Source: a virus
Taxonomy: Duplodnaviria > Caudoviricetes
Strand: one strand, 5' to 3'
IMG/VR virus record: IMGVR_UViG_3300037264_002561
Location: 895-64,894 of that record
DNA: 64,000 nucleotides
Position 1 is the stretch's first letter. Each line of letters starts with the position of its first letter. Position numbers and translations under genes: made by a program. The notes below the pieces were generated by a model that worked only from the letters and a program-made list of their open reading frames with translations, did no database searches and was not told the DNA's origin. Below are positions 26,011 through 34,538 of this stretch, piece by piece.

Positions 26011-28283
26011 TGAAGAAGAGGTTCTTGACGGCCAGCGGAGGAGTTGAGTTCACGGCCCTGCGCGCCGGAGAGTCCTCCGCGAACCCGATCAACTTCCTCG
26101 AAATCTTCAAGCCCGAGTTCCTCGAAGACGACCTTGAAATCCGTTTCCTGCCTGGCATCTACGAATGGCCAGAACTCTGGGATCTGACTTCCAACGAGAA
26201 CATCAACGTCTACTGCGAAGGAAAGGTCTTCCTGAAGGATGTCGAGGGTGTCCTCGAACCGGCCATCCGAGTGGGTGGCTCCAAGAAGACGATCACCGGC
26301 ATCCGCTTCCGGAACTGCAAGCAGCCCATTGAGGTCGCCGATGGGGCCGAGAAGATCCTCATCGCCAACTGCATCGACTACCACCATATCGATCTCGTCG
26401 TGACGGGAGGCCAGAGCTTCACGGCCAAGGCCGTTACGAGCTGCGTCTTTCGGAACCTCACCTGTCGCCGCGACGGGAAGGGCATCAGTGTTCTCAAGAA
26501 CACTGAGGTCTACAACTGCCTTCAGGTCGGGATTGACGAGATCGCTCGCCCAGGGTTCTTCGGAGAGATGCTCGACGCCTACGACTCGAAGCTCGGGTGG
26601 TTCAGCGGTATCCAAACGATGCCCTTCGTGGTCAACCAGTTGGCGTCTGACTACTTGGAGGGATCGAACCTCCTGGTCTTCAAGCTCTCCAACTCGACAG
26701 GAGTGACCGCCCGGCCACGGATCCGCAAGATCGTCTCGTACGACCTCAGCCGTGGAGACCTCGTCAAACTAGCGTTCCGGCTCATCAGCACGAACCTCTT
26801 GGTAGCGGGGGCTGACTCCTACCGCTTCTACTTCGGTTCTGGCCCGGGTGACTATCATCGGTTCGACTTGGCCGACACCGACGTAGCAGCCGGCCTTAAT
26901 GTGCTCTCGTTCGATCTGACGGCCCCAACGGCTACCGTCGGAGTCCCCGTCCTCGGGAGCGCCGAGTACTTCTTGCTCGAGGTCAACCTTCAGGATGGCG
27001 GATCGATCGAGTTCGGGCTCGACCATCTCTATCTGGCTGACAGCTCCCTCGTGATGAATTTCAACGCGGCCGAAACGGTCGATGGAGTGGACGTCTACGC
27101 GTTCTTCAAGGGGGCCAACGGATACGACTCCAGCGCTCTCGAACCTCCTTTCGAGTCACCTCTTTTCGAGCGCCTCAACTACGCTCCTACCAAGGCCAAT
27201 TTCGAGACCTACATGAGCGGAGGCCTGGAAGGCTTCCCGATCGGAGGAATGTTCCAGGGCGGTCACATCGTCCTGAGCGATGAGCCGGGCCACCTTCGGT
27301 TCACGAATCATCCCACCCTCGGAACCTGGACGAACGACGAGGAGTTCTACGATACCGATTCGGACCAGCCGGGAGTCGATGGAGAGGGCTTGGCGGCCCC
27401 CATCGATGAGACGGGAGCTATCTTCGCTGCCCTCAATGGCGAAGTGGTTAACCTTGCGGTGGCCAACGGAGCTGGAGAGATCCGGGATACGGATGACAGC
27501 CAGTCGACGAAGTTCGACAAGAACGCGGGGGCTGCTACCGTCAACGGGATTCGTACGACTCTCGCCGCGGCTTTCAACCTATCAGCCATCGGAGCAATCG
27601 GGGTCGGCGTCGAGTACTACATTGCCCCAGGGGATATGACCAAGGTCACGGCCAATGGACTCGACATCATCATCAATTCGGCCGGCGGAAGTCTGACTGG
27701 GCGGGTCCTCAAGACCGAACTTCAAGAAGGATGGAACCGATCCGAGGTTCTCTTGGCCGATCCCTTCGCGAGTGCTGGAGTTTTCGATGCTACGGCGATG
27801 ACTTTCGTGGATGCTTCCCTCAACGTCAATGCCGCGGACGCAATGGTCGGACACATGGTCGACCACATCTACGCAATCCTCGTATCCGGGTCCTCGACGG
27901 CTCCAATCACGTTCGACTCTCTCGGCCGCGCCTTCATCGATCTGGGCCTCTACCCCGAAGCTCGCGTAGCTCGTGTTGTGTCTGAACCCTTCTTTGTACG
28001 CGCCGGAGCTTTGGTCACGGCCATTCGATCGGCCTTGGGAGCAATCGAAGACGTAGCGAATGGGGCTTACGTCAATCGTACCGCCGTCCAGCGGATCCTA
28101 TCCTCTCGGACCTGGGAGGTTCGGTGGGCGGATGGGAAGTACTCCCGCTACGGAATCCTCGTGGGAGCTCTGGCTAAGCCCTACACTCCGATCAGCCGCC
28201 TGTCTTCTCTCAAGATCGAGTCGGGAGAAGTCTGGGCCCAGGTTCGTTGCTACATCCGCAACCGCAGCGAAGGCATTCCCTAG
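26010..28283 (+). CDS. Large baseplate-associated protein with two putative carbohydrate-binding-like modules
   Basis: TGATG overlap with baseplate J; two related beta-rich modules ending FGLDHLY and HMVDHIY. Confidence 0.65.
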   Translation: MKKRFLTASGGVEFTALRAGESSANPINFLEIFKPEFLEDDLEIRFLPGIYEWPELWDLTSNENINVYCEGKVFLKDVEGVLEPAIRVGGSKKTITGIRFRNCKQPIEVADGAEKILIANCIDYHHIDLVVTGGQSFTAKAVTSCVFRNLTCRRDGKGISVLKNTEVYNCLQVGIDEIARPGFFGEMLDAYDSKLGWFSGIQTMPFVVNQLASDYLEGSNLLVFKLSNSTGVTARPRIRKIVSYDLSRGDLVKLAFRLISTNLLVAGADSYRFYFGSGPGDYHRFDLADTDVAAGLNVLSFDLTAPTATVGVPVLGSAEYFLLEVNLQDGGSIEFGLDHLYLADSSLVMNFNAAETVDGVDVYAFFKGANGYDSSALEPPFESPLFERLNYAPTKANFETYMSGGLEGFPIGGMFQGGHIVLSDEPGHLRFTNHPTLGTWTNDEEFYDTDSDQPGVDGEGLAAPIDETGAIFAALNGEVVNLAVANGAGEIRDTDDSQSTKFDKNAGAATVNGIRTTLAAAFNLSAIGAIGVGVEYYIAPGDMTKVTANGLDIIINSAGGSLTGRVLKTELQEGWNRSEVLLADPFASAGVFDATAMTFVDASLNVNAADAMVGHMVDHIYAILVSGSSTAPITFDSLGRAFIDLGLYPEARVARVVSEPFFVRAGALVTAIRSALGAIEDVANGAYVNRTAVQRILSSRTWEVRWADGKYSRYGILVGALAKPYTPISRLSSLKIESGEVWAQVRCYIRNRSEGIP

Positions 28284-28294
28284 GGAGGTGAGCT

Positions 28295-29566
28295 ATGCCG
28301 GGAGGGTGGGGAGATCATCTCTGGGGCCCTGATCCCTGGGGAGGAACGGGTCTCGAATCGCCGATCTTGACGGGCTTCATGCTGCTCGTCGACGACGAGG
28401 CGACGGATGAACGGCTTGGGCCCCCTCAGTGTCATAGCGCCGATCGCCCGATTGGTGAGAACACCCCTCCCGGGCACGTGCTCTGCCAGTACTTCCCCGG
28501 GTTCATGTGCGTCGAGGATCTCGACCCGGAGCGCGGGGGAACGGGAGACTGGCACAGGCTCCTGGCAGTGATCTGGGACTTCCTCTACGGCAGCGATCTC
28601 ATGACGGGGATGCACGATGACGTGGCCTCGTTCATCTGCCTCAACGACATCCTGAACGTCCCCGCTTCCTTCTTGGACGCCTGGCTCCTCAAGCTCGGGT
28701 TCAACCTGAAGATCCCCCTCACCGACAAAGAGAAGCGCAAGGTACTCAGCTTCCTCGTCGCCTACTACAAGAGCAAGGGCACGAAGGAGAGCATCAAGAG
28801 CGCGCTTCGGATCCTCTTGGGGATCCCAGTCGAGATCTATGACCTCCGGAGCCCCACCTTCAACTGGTTCGAGCTCGGTTGGCCGGCTAGTTCTACTCTG
28901 TCGGCCGTCGATGACACGAGTACGTTCGTCGAGGTTGCCAACCCCGAACAGTTCTCCCAAGGCAAGATGCTCACCATCATCGACAAGTCGGGTGGCAATC
29001 TGTTTTTCGAGGACACCGAAATCTTGGGGGTCGTCTCCAACCGGGTTCTCTTTGCTGCCCAGGTAATCGGAGGAACGATCCCAGCGGGGGCCGACGTCTT
29101 CAGCACGCTCTTGCGAAACCACCTGGATGACGGAAGTGAGACGATCGGGGAGTCCATCCTTGGACCCAACTTCTTCGATCCGACCGACCCGAGCATCTAT
29201 ACCTTCGCGGTGGACGTGCAACGAACAGTCGCCACTGTGACCGACATCGAAGATGGGGATGACTCAGTCGAACTCTCCAGCGTCGACTTTGTGGTCGTTG
29301 GTTCCCGGGTTCGCATCGTGGACACGGTCGTCCCCCTCAATGCCGCGGTCATCGTGGACATCGTGACCGTCGATCCGGTCACGAAAGTGGTCACGTTCGA
29401 GCCCCTGGCTCTCGACGAAACGATCGAGCTTGGGGCTACCGCCATCAATTTGTTCAACGCGGAACAGATTGCCTTGATCGGAGAGATCGTGATATTCGGG
29501 AAGCCGAGTCACACTCATCACGTCATCACGCGTGACATCGCCACGGAACTAGCGGAGGTTGGATAA
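28295..29566 (+). CDS. Baseplate/tail protein I (P2 gpI-like)
   Basis: FLDAWLLKLG, YYKSKGTKESIK..L..LLG, KPSHT. Confidence 0.8.
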   Translation: MPGGWGDHLWGPDPWGGTGLESPILTGFMLLVDDEATDERLGPPQCHSADRPIGENTPPGHVLCQYFPGFMCVEDLDPERGGTGDWHRLLAVIWDFLYGSDLMTGMHDDVASFICLNDILNVPASFLDAWLLKLGFNLKIPLTDKEKRKVLSFLVAYYKSKGTKESIKSALRILLGIPVEIYDLRSPTFNWFELGWPASSTLSAVDDTSTFVEVANPEQFSQGKMLTIIDKSGGNLFFEDTEILGVVSNRVLFAAQVIGGTIPAGADVFSTLLRNHLDDGSETIGESILGPNFFDPTDPSIYTFAVDVQRTVATVTDIEDGDDSVELSSVDFVVVGSRVRIVDTVVPLNAAVIVDIVTVDPVTKVVTFEPLALDETIELGATAINLFNAEQIALIGEIVIFGKPSHTHHVITRDIATELAEVG

Positions 29567-30705
29567 TGGGTCTCCCCAAGAAATACGACTACTACCTCAA
29601 GTTCCCCGTGACCCCAGGTCATCTCGAAGATCTCGAGGACAGCATCGAGACGGCGATCGATCGGCTGCTTGCCTTCCGGGGGATGAAGGGCCTCTTGGGT
29701 CCCATCCACGGGATCACCCCCGGAACTGGATTTACGATCGACCTCACGAGCAACGATGGAACCAACAAGGTACGCGGGTTCGACGCGAATGGGAACTACG
29801 TCGCAGTCGACGCCGAGCCCTATACGAGCGACGACCTCGCGGCTTTGTTCACGTTGCCCGGCGTCGGTGAAGAGAAGTGGATCACCTTCGTACTTCGCTT
29901 CACGCGTGTTGCGTCCGATCCACGCACCGAGTTCATGACCTTCGTTACGGTCAATCTCCTCCAGAGCGAGAGCTTCGAGATCGGTGTCGTATCGGGGGCC
30001 GCAGCCGGCGTTGGCGCCGCCACAAAGCCGTCCCTGGCGGCCGAGGATGGCCTCTACCTTGGCGACTGCCTTCTGACCGACGCCAGTGCCGACTTCTCGA
30101 TCAATCCCCCGGTGATCGCTGCCAACCGGCACCGCAAGGACGGTCTTCACGAGGTCAGCCTGCGTGGCCTCGACGGCGTCAACGAGATCCTGGCTCTCGT
30201 CACCCCCGACTTCCAGGACGCCATCGACAACACGGTCGGAGCCGACGCTGGAAACCCTCTAGCGACCGTTGACGACGCGGTGACGATCGCCAACACCATC
30301 GGGGGAGAGGTTCTCGGATCTATCGCTGGATCGGTGGTGGGATCGAGTGCTGGGGCCTACAACCTTTTCACTTGGGTTTACCCCGTCGACACAGCATTCA
30401 TCGAGTTGACGTTCGGGTTCTATCTTGGACTCTTCGGTGGGATCACCATGGAAGCCGGGAAAGGCATCATTGATACCGCGGCGGGCACATTCACCGGAAG
30501 CGGGATTGCCGGTTCGATCGGTGGCAGCCAGGCGAATTACACCTTCAACGGAGTTCCAATCGTCACTCCTTTCGCGATGGTTGGTCGATCCAAGATCAGC
30601 TTCTTCAACAACCCTACGCGGACCCTTCAAGTGCAGGCCGTCGGTTCGGTCAACGACATCGGTTACAACTGGTCGTCCTACGTGACCGCGATCGCGAGGA
30701 AGTAA
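29566..30705 (+). CDS. Probable tail fibre / fibre-attachment protein
   Basis: Follows gpI-like gene as fibre genes usually do; beta-rich C-terminus. Confidence 0.6.
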   Translation: MGLPKKYDYYLKFPVTPGHLEDLEDSIETAIDRLLAFRGMKGLLGPIHGITPGTGFTIDLTSNDGTNKVRGFDANGNYVAVDAEPYTSDDLAALFTLPGVGEEKWITFVLRFTRVASDPRTEFMTFVTVNLLQSESFEIGVVSGAAAGVGAATKPSLAAEDGLYLGDCLLTDASADFSINPPVIAANRHRKDGLHEVSLRGLDGVNEILALVTPDFQDAIDNTVGADAGNPLATVDDAVTIANTIGGEVLGSIAGSVVGSSAGAYNLFTWVYPVDTAFIELTFGFYLGLFGGITMEAGKGIIDTAAGTFTGSGIAGSIGGSQANYTFNGVPIVTPFAMVGRSKISFFNNPTRTLQVQAVGSVNDIGYNWSSYVTAIARK

Positions 30706-30708
30706 GTC

Positions 30709-31245
30709 ATGGGGTTCATTCGCAAACAGCGCCAGCGAACCTTTGCCGTGGTCACGGTCAAAGACGGTATCCAGGCAATCGTGTCCCTGGGGCAGAACTA
30801 CGAGTACCCAGAAGGTTCTCTCGATCCTGGGTATCCGGAGCCGGTCCCTCTCACCCCGGGAGAGTTCTACGTGGACATCGAAGACAAGTTAGTCGGTGGT
30901 GTCACCCAGGCAACTTTCCGGGAGAAGAACGTCCCCGAGTTCGTCGGCGGCGTTCCGACGGGGTGGAAGACTCGCGAGAAGGTATCCTGTGAAGAACTGG
31001 AGAAGCCTTCAGGAGACGGAGTTCTCGTCGGAAAGGCGCGGTTCCGTGGGCCTTCCAATGCTCCTGTCGTGGTCTCTCGTTCCGGATCCGTCGTCTTGGC
31101 CCAGTCCAACCCGCAGTCCTTCGATGGTGCTGGCGTCTTGGAACTTCGATACAAAGTCTATGGGGCCGGCTACTCCCTCACCGTCTCCAGCCCCGGAGGG
31201 TCCGCGGGTACCCTGGAGCAGGCAGCGGCTCCTGGAGCATTCTGA
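30709..31245 (+). CDS. Hypothetical (possible fibre assembly) protein
   Basis: GAGG RBS; follows fibre gene. Confidence 0.6.
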   Translation: MGFIRKQRQRTFAVVTVKDGIQAIVSLGQNYEYPEGSLDPGYPEPVPLTPGEFYVDIEDKLVGGVTQATFREKNVPEFVGGVPTGWKTREKVSCEELEKPSGDGVLVGKARFRGPSNAPVVVSRSGSVVLAQSNPQSFDGAGVLELRYKVYGAGYSLTVSSPGGSAGTLEQAAAPGAF

Positions 31246-31273
31246 ACTTGTAACCGGTTACGCAGGAGGCCCT

Positions 31274-31801
31274 GTGGCCGTCGACATCCTCGAGCAGATG
31301 TACCAGAGGGTCCCAGTTCCCCAGACCTTCAAGGAACTACAGCAGACTTTCACCGTTCCTGCGTTTGCTGATGACCCGCGTGCCCCAGGTCGGGTCATCC
31401 TCGATCAGGGATGGGTGACGAAGAACATCGTCTACGAGTGGTTCCCGGGAATCGGCCAGCAGCATGTCCACAAGCACATGGTCTTGCCGCTCTACGATGC
31501 TCTGGCTGAGATTGACCAGGGGCCCGACGCTGGGTACTTCATCCCCCGCCAGTGTGGGGTGTGGGTAGCGCGGAGGAATTTCTGGAAGCCCGATGGACGC
31601 CTCAGCTTCCATGCTCTCGGACTGGCCATCGACGTGAACTGGGATGAGAACCCTGCTGGGGATCGCAAGGGCACGATCTACCAGCACCCGGCGATCATCA
31701 CCACCTTCAAGAAGTACGGCTTCGACTTCGGCGGGGACTGGAAAAAGCCTGACCAGATGCACTTTGGCTACGCGAGTTCGAGGATCTTGCTTCCGAGGTG
31801 A
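31274..31801 (+). CDS. Endolysin, peptidase M15 family
   Basis: R...SFHALGLAIDVN, GFDFGGDW, DQMHF zinc-peptidase motifs; AGGAGG RBS + GTG 31274. Confidence 0.88.
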   Translation: MAVDILEQMYQRVPVPQTFKELQQTFTVPAFADDPRAPGRVILDQGWVTKNIVYEWFPGIGQQHVHKHMVLPLYDALAEIDQGPDAGYFIPRQCGVWVARRNFWKPDGRLSFHALGLAIDVNWDENPAGDRKGTIYQHPAIITTFKKYGFDFGGDWKKPDQMHFGYASSRILLPR

Positions 31802-31805
31802 ACCA

Positions 31806-32036
31806 GTGTATGATCTCGAGAAACTGGACGAAGCGTTCAGCACTCATGGTCTCAATGCCGGGGAGCTGGCACTCTGTCTTGAACTCGAGGCTCGGTTCCG
31901 CCTGATGGCTCGATGGATCCTCGAACACCTACCCCCGGGCCCTCACCGGACTTCGACTATTGACAAACTCATAGCAGCCAAGGACGAAGCGTGCTTGGCA
32001 CTCCTCACGACCCCTCGGCAAAGGAAGGACGTCTGA
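31806..32036 (+). CDS. Acb2/Tad1-like helical-hairpin protein (putative immune-signal sponge)
   Basis: GAGGTG RBS + GTG; F.TH.L...F..MA..I...LP.GP.RT..I.KL..AKD.A..A pattern. Confidence 0.55.
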   Translation: MYDLEKLDEAFSTHGLNAGELALCLELEARFRLMARWILEHLPPGPHRTSTIDKLIAAKDEACLALLTTPRQRKDV

Positions 32037-32037
32037 A

Positions 32038-32646
32038 ATGATGACAGAAGCGAGCTGGCTCCTGCCCTACGTGTGGACTCCGGAAAGTGGACCGAACTGG
32101 GACGTGATCTTCACGTACTGCGTGGTCCTCCTCTTCATCAAGGCCCCCCTGGACAAGATGATCGAGCACCTGATCTCGTTCGTGAAGGCCAAGACAAACG
32201 AGGTCCACTTCACCATTCCCTTGCTCGGCTGGAAGGTCGACTTCAGCCAGTACACCTGGGACGACAAGTTCTGGGACGACGCGAGCGCCATGCTCAAGAC
32301 CAAGGTGCTGGCCAAGCAGAGCGAGGCCGTCAACCTCAAGTTGACCTACAAGGACGCCATGGTGGCAGCCAGCGGCGATCCTGCCAAGATGGAGACCGTG
32401 GCCAAGGAGTACCGGGCCAAGATGGAGCAGCTCACCGCGGATCTCGTCCAGGACGTGAAGATCCATGGGGATCCGGCCCTCTGGCGCGCCCTCGCCTACC
32501 GCCTGGGGGACGAGAACAAGGCAGCCAAGTGGGTGGCCGATAAAGCCAAGGCTATCGTGGAGGCCCACAAGAACGGCCACAAGAGCTGGCTCGAGGCCGT
32601 TGGCGAGGCCCTGAAAGAGGGTGGAGCCGACACGGGAAAAGGCTGA
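32038..32646 (+). CDS. Holin-like membrane protein (LL-H family-like)
   Basis: In lysis cassette; one N-terminal hydrophobic segment then charged helices ending KAKAIVEAHK; AAGGA RBS. Confidence 0.6.
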   Translation: MMTEASWLLPYVWTPESGPNWDVIFTYCVVLLFIKAPLDKMIEHLISFVKAKTNEVHFTIPLLGWKVDFSQYTWDDKFWDDASAMLKTKVLAKQSEAVNLKLTYKDAMVAASGDPAKMETVAKEYRAKMEQLTADLVQDVKIHGDPALWRALAYRLGDENKAAKWVADKAKAIVEAHKNGHKSWLEAVGEALKEGGADTGKG

Positions 32647-33023
32647 TCGGCCGCGAGGGTGGGGTCAAAAACCTCACCCTCGCGCTTTCCAAGACCCTGG
32701 TCCGGGTTCTACACTTGGACCTGCGGGACTACGAGGATGCTACGTTCCTCAAGTTCGCAGCACTCGTCATCAATCGCCTCCTGCTCAAGCTGAAATCTCG
32801 CTACGAGATCCAGGACCGAGAACGGCACGGATCGACCCCACAAGGTCGCCGTGCCGTTCGTGTTCTGGAGGGAGAGATCGTAGAAGATGCCCGTCGGCTG
32901 TACGGAGGCTATCGGGCCTGGAGGGTCAAGACACGTGAGTTCACGGAAGCTGAAGCTGCTGATGCTATGCGGGCTCTCGTGGATGAGTGTGTTCGGATGT
33001 TCTCCGAGGGAGGCTCCCCGTAA
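32640..33023 (+). CDS. Predicted -1 frameshift extension of holin-like gene
   Basis: G-GGA-AAA at 32634-32640; -1 frame open to TAA 33021-33023; the frame's own TTG (32715) has no RBS. Confidence 0.55.
   Translation, partial: RLIGREGGVKNLTLALSKTLVRVLHLDLRDYEDATFLKFAALVINRLLLKLKSRYEIQDRERHGSTPQGRRAVRVLEGEIVEDARRLYGGYRAWRVKTREFTEAEAADAMRALVDECVRMFSEGGSP
32652..32684 (+). other. 14-bp stem-loop (frameshift stimulator and/or terminator)
   Basis: CGCGAGGGTGGGGT-CAAAA-ACCTCACCCTCGCG, one G-U pair. Confidence 0.7.
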
Positions 33024-33390
33024 TCCGATTACGGCGAAGCTAGTCGAGCCGACGATCGAGAGCACCATCGGTCACTTCGAGGGCGAGAAGCTCCACAACT
33101 CGACCGAGAAGACCTACCGGCTTCCCAACATCGGGGCCTTCGCCAGCTACTTTCCTCGTACCAGATCGATTGCCAGTGGCCTCCTCGTCGAGCTCTACGA
33201 CAAGAAGCAGAAGCGAGGCCTCTTCAACTGGTTCAAGTACGACCTCCACGTGTCCGAGCAACGGCTTGGGCTGGCGGTTGGGCGCAAGATCTTCGATCCG
33301 ATCGACGGAACGGCGAGCATCGTCTACTCCCGAGACTTCGATCGGCGACAACATACCTGGGGCCTGGCGTTCAGCCTGGTCAAGTTCTAG
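32935..33390 (+). CDS. Putative lipoprotein with C-terminal amphipathic beta strands
   Basis: GGAGG RBS + GTG; MSSRKLKLLMLCGLSWMSVFG-C lipobox-like; ends TWGLAFSLVKF. Confidence 0.6.
   Translation: MSSRKLKLLMLCGLSWMSVFGCSPREAPRNPITAKLVEPTIESTIGHFEGEKLHNSTEKTYRLPNIGAFASYFPRTRSIASGLLVELYDKKQKRGLFNWFKYDLHVSEQRLGLAVGRKIFDPIDGTASIVYSRDFDRRQHTWGLAFSLVKF
33019..33033. repeat. Dispersed palindrome copy 5 (CGTAATCCGATTACG)
   Basis: Perfect; supplies TAA stop of frameshift ORF and is read as RNPIT in lipoprotein. Confidence 0.88.
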
Positions 33391-33399
33391 GAGGACTAC

Positions 33400-34104
33400 G
33401 TGGACTTCAACAACCTCCCGCCGTGGCCCGCGGTTCCCATCTGGCACCGTGCTGGCTTCTTCCTGGCGGCGCACGGGATCACCAACGTCAACGACATCGA
33501 AGACGGTGACACCGAGATCGAACTGAGCGCCTTCCCGGCGAATATGTTCGCCCCCGTCATCGACATCCCCGGGCACGTAGCCGACGAGCCGGCAGTGGGC
33601 AAGGGGATGCGGATCGTGATCGGAGTTGGGACGGACGACGAGCAAGAGGTCCAGATCAAGGACTTCCAGGCCGACCCAGCCCTCGTCATCATCCTGGACT
33701 CTCCCGTCGTCCTGGCCATCCCCGCCGTTCCGATCCCAGGGGGAACAGAAGTCAGGATGGCCGACAGCCCGGTCATCTACACGGGGGACCAGGACGCGGC
33801 GATCTACATCAAGGCCGTGGCTCACGCTCTCGATGATCGTGGGGGTGCCGTCAACGCGGCAGCGATGAACCTGGCGTTCGAGACCCATATGGCCGACAAC
33901 CAGGAGGCTGACGACTTCCACGTCCCCGATAGCCTAGCTCTCCCGGGGGGACTCGATCTGACTGCCGCGGTCGCGGCTCCCCCGGATCGGGTGACGTCGG
34001 ACACTCTTATCCTCCCCCCCTTCCAGTACTTCAAGCTCGTGCCGACCGCTGGCACGTTCAATTCGGTTTTCTCGCTCTACATGATCCGGAGGTCCCCGCG
34101 ATGA
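33400..34104 (+). CDS. Probable virion structural protein (no signal peptide)
   Basis: AGGAGG RBS; carries small beta domain shared with sheath and gpI. Confidence 0.7.
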   Translation: MDFNNLPPWPAVPIWHRAGFFLAAHGITNVNDIEDGDTEIELSAFPANMFAPVIDIPGHVADEPAVGKGMRIVIGVGTDDEQEVQIKDFQADPALVIILDSPVVLAIPAVPIPGGTEVRMADSPVIYTGDQDAAIYIKAVAHALDDRGGAVNAAAMNLAFETHMADNQEADDFHVPDSLALPGGLDLTAAVAAPPDRVTSDTLILPPFQYFKLVPTAGTFNSVFSLYMIRRSPR

Positions 34105-34523
34105 GCAAGTTCTTCTTCGCGATCTTCATCTCGATCCTTCTGCTCACCTCTGGAGTCATGGCCGAGGAGCAGGGTCTCAAGATGACCCCACGCCATGTCA
34201 GCGCGGCTTCGATGATCCCGACGTCGGTAACGACCTTCATCTTCGACAACCTGAGTGGTTCGACCTTCCACAGTCTCGCGACTTTCGTGTCGTCGACCGA
34301 AGTGGTCGATCTCGAGATCGACGTCTCGGTCGGCTTCAAGTCCGGCGGGGTGTACTACTTCGCCCCTGCTCCCAACGCTACGGATCTGACCGCCACGGGG
34401 GCTAGCCCCGTGTCTACCGTCTGGCCCCTCACCATTCCTGTCGCTCCGGCCGTGAAGATCGAAATCCTCAACAACGGCGTTGGGGACCTGATCGTCGACC
34501 ACCTCTTCCTCACCACGAGCTGA
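34101..34523 (+). CDS. Exported beta-rich protein
   Basis: Signal peptide MSKFFFAIFISILLLTSGVMA-EE; ATGA overlap. Confidence 0.75.
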   Translation: MSKFFFAIFISILLLTSGVMAEEQGLKMTPRHVSAASMIPTSVTTFIFDNLSGSTFHSLATFVSSTEVVDLEIDVSVGFKSGGVYYFAPAPNATDLTATGASPVSTVWPLTIPVAPAVKIEILNNGVGDLIVDHLFLTTS

Positions 34524-34538
34524 TAGAGAGGAACTCCA

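Noticed and set aside
13009-30705. Stand-alone extracellular contractile injection system/tailocin
   Set aside because: Portal, protease, capsid and full replication module are present, so this is a phage
31250-31261. GTAACCGGTTAC palindrome upstream of endolysin as a ninth motif copy
   Set aside because: Spacer is one base shorter and arms differ; at best a degenerate site
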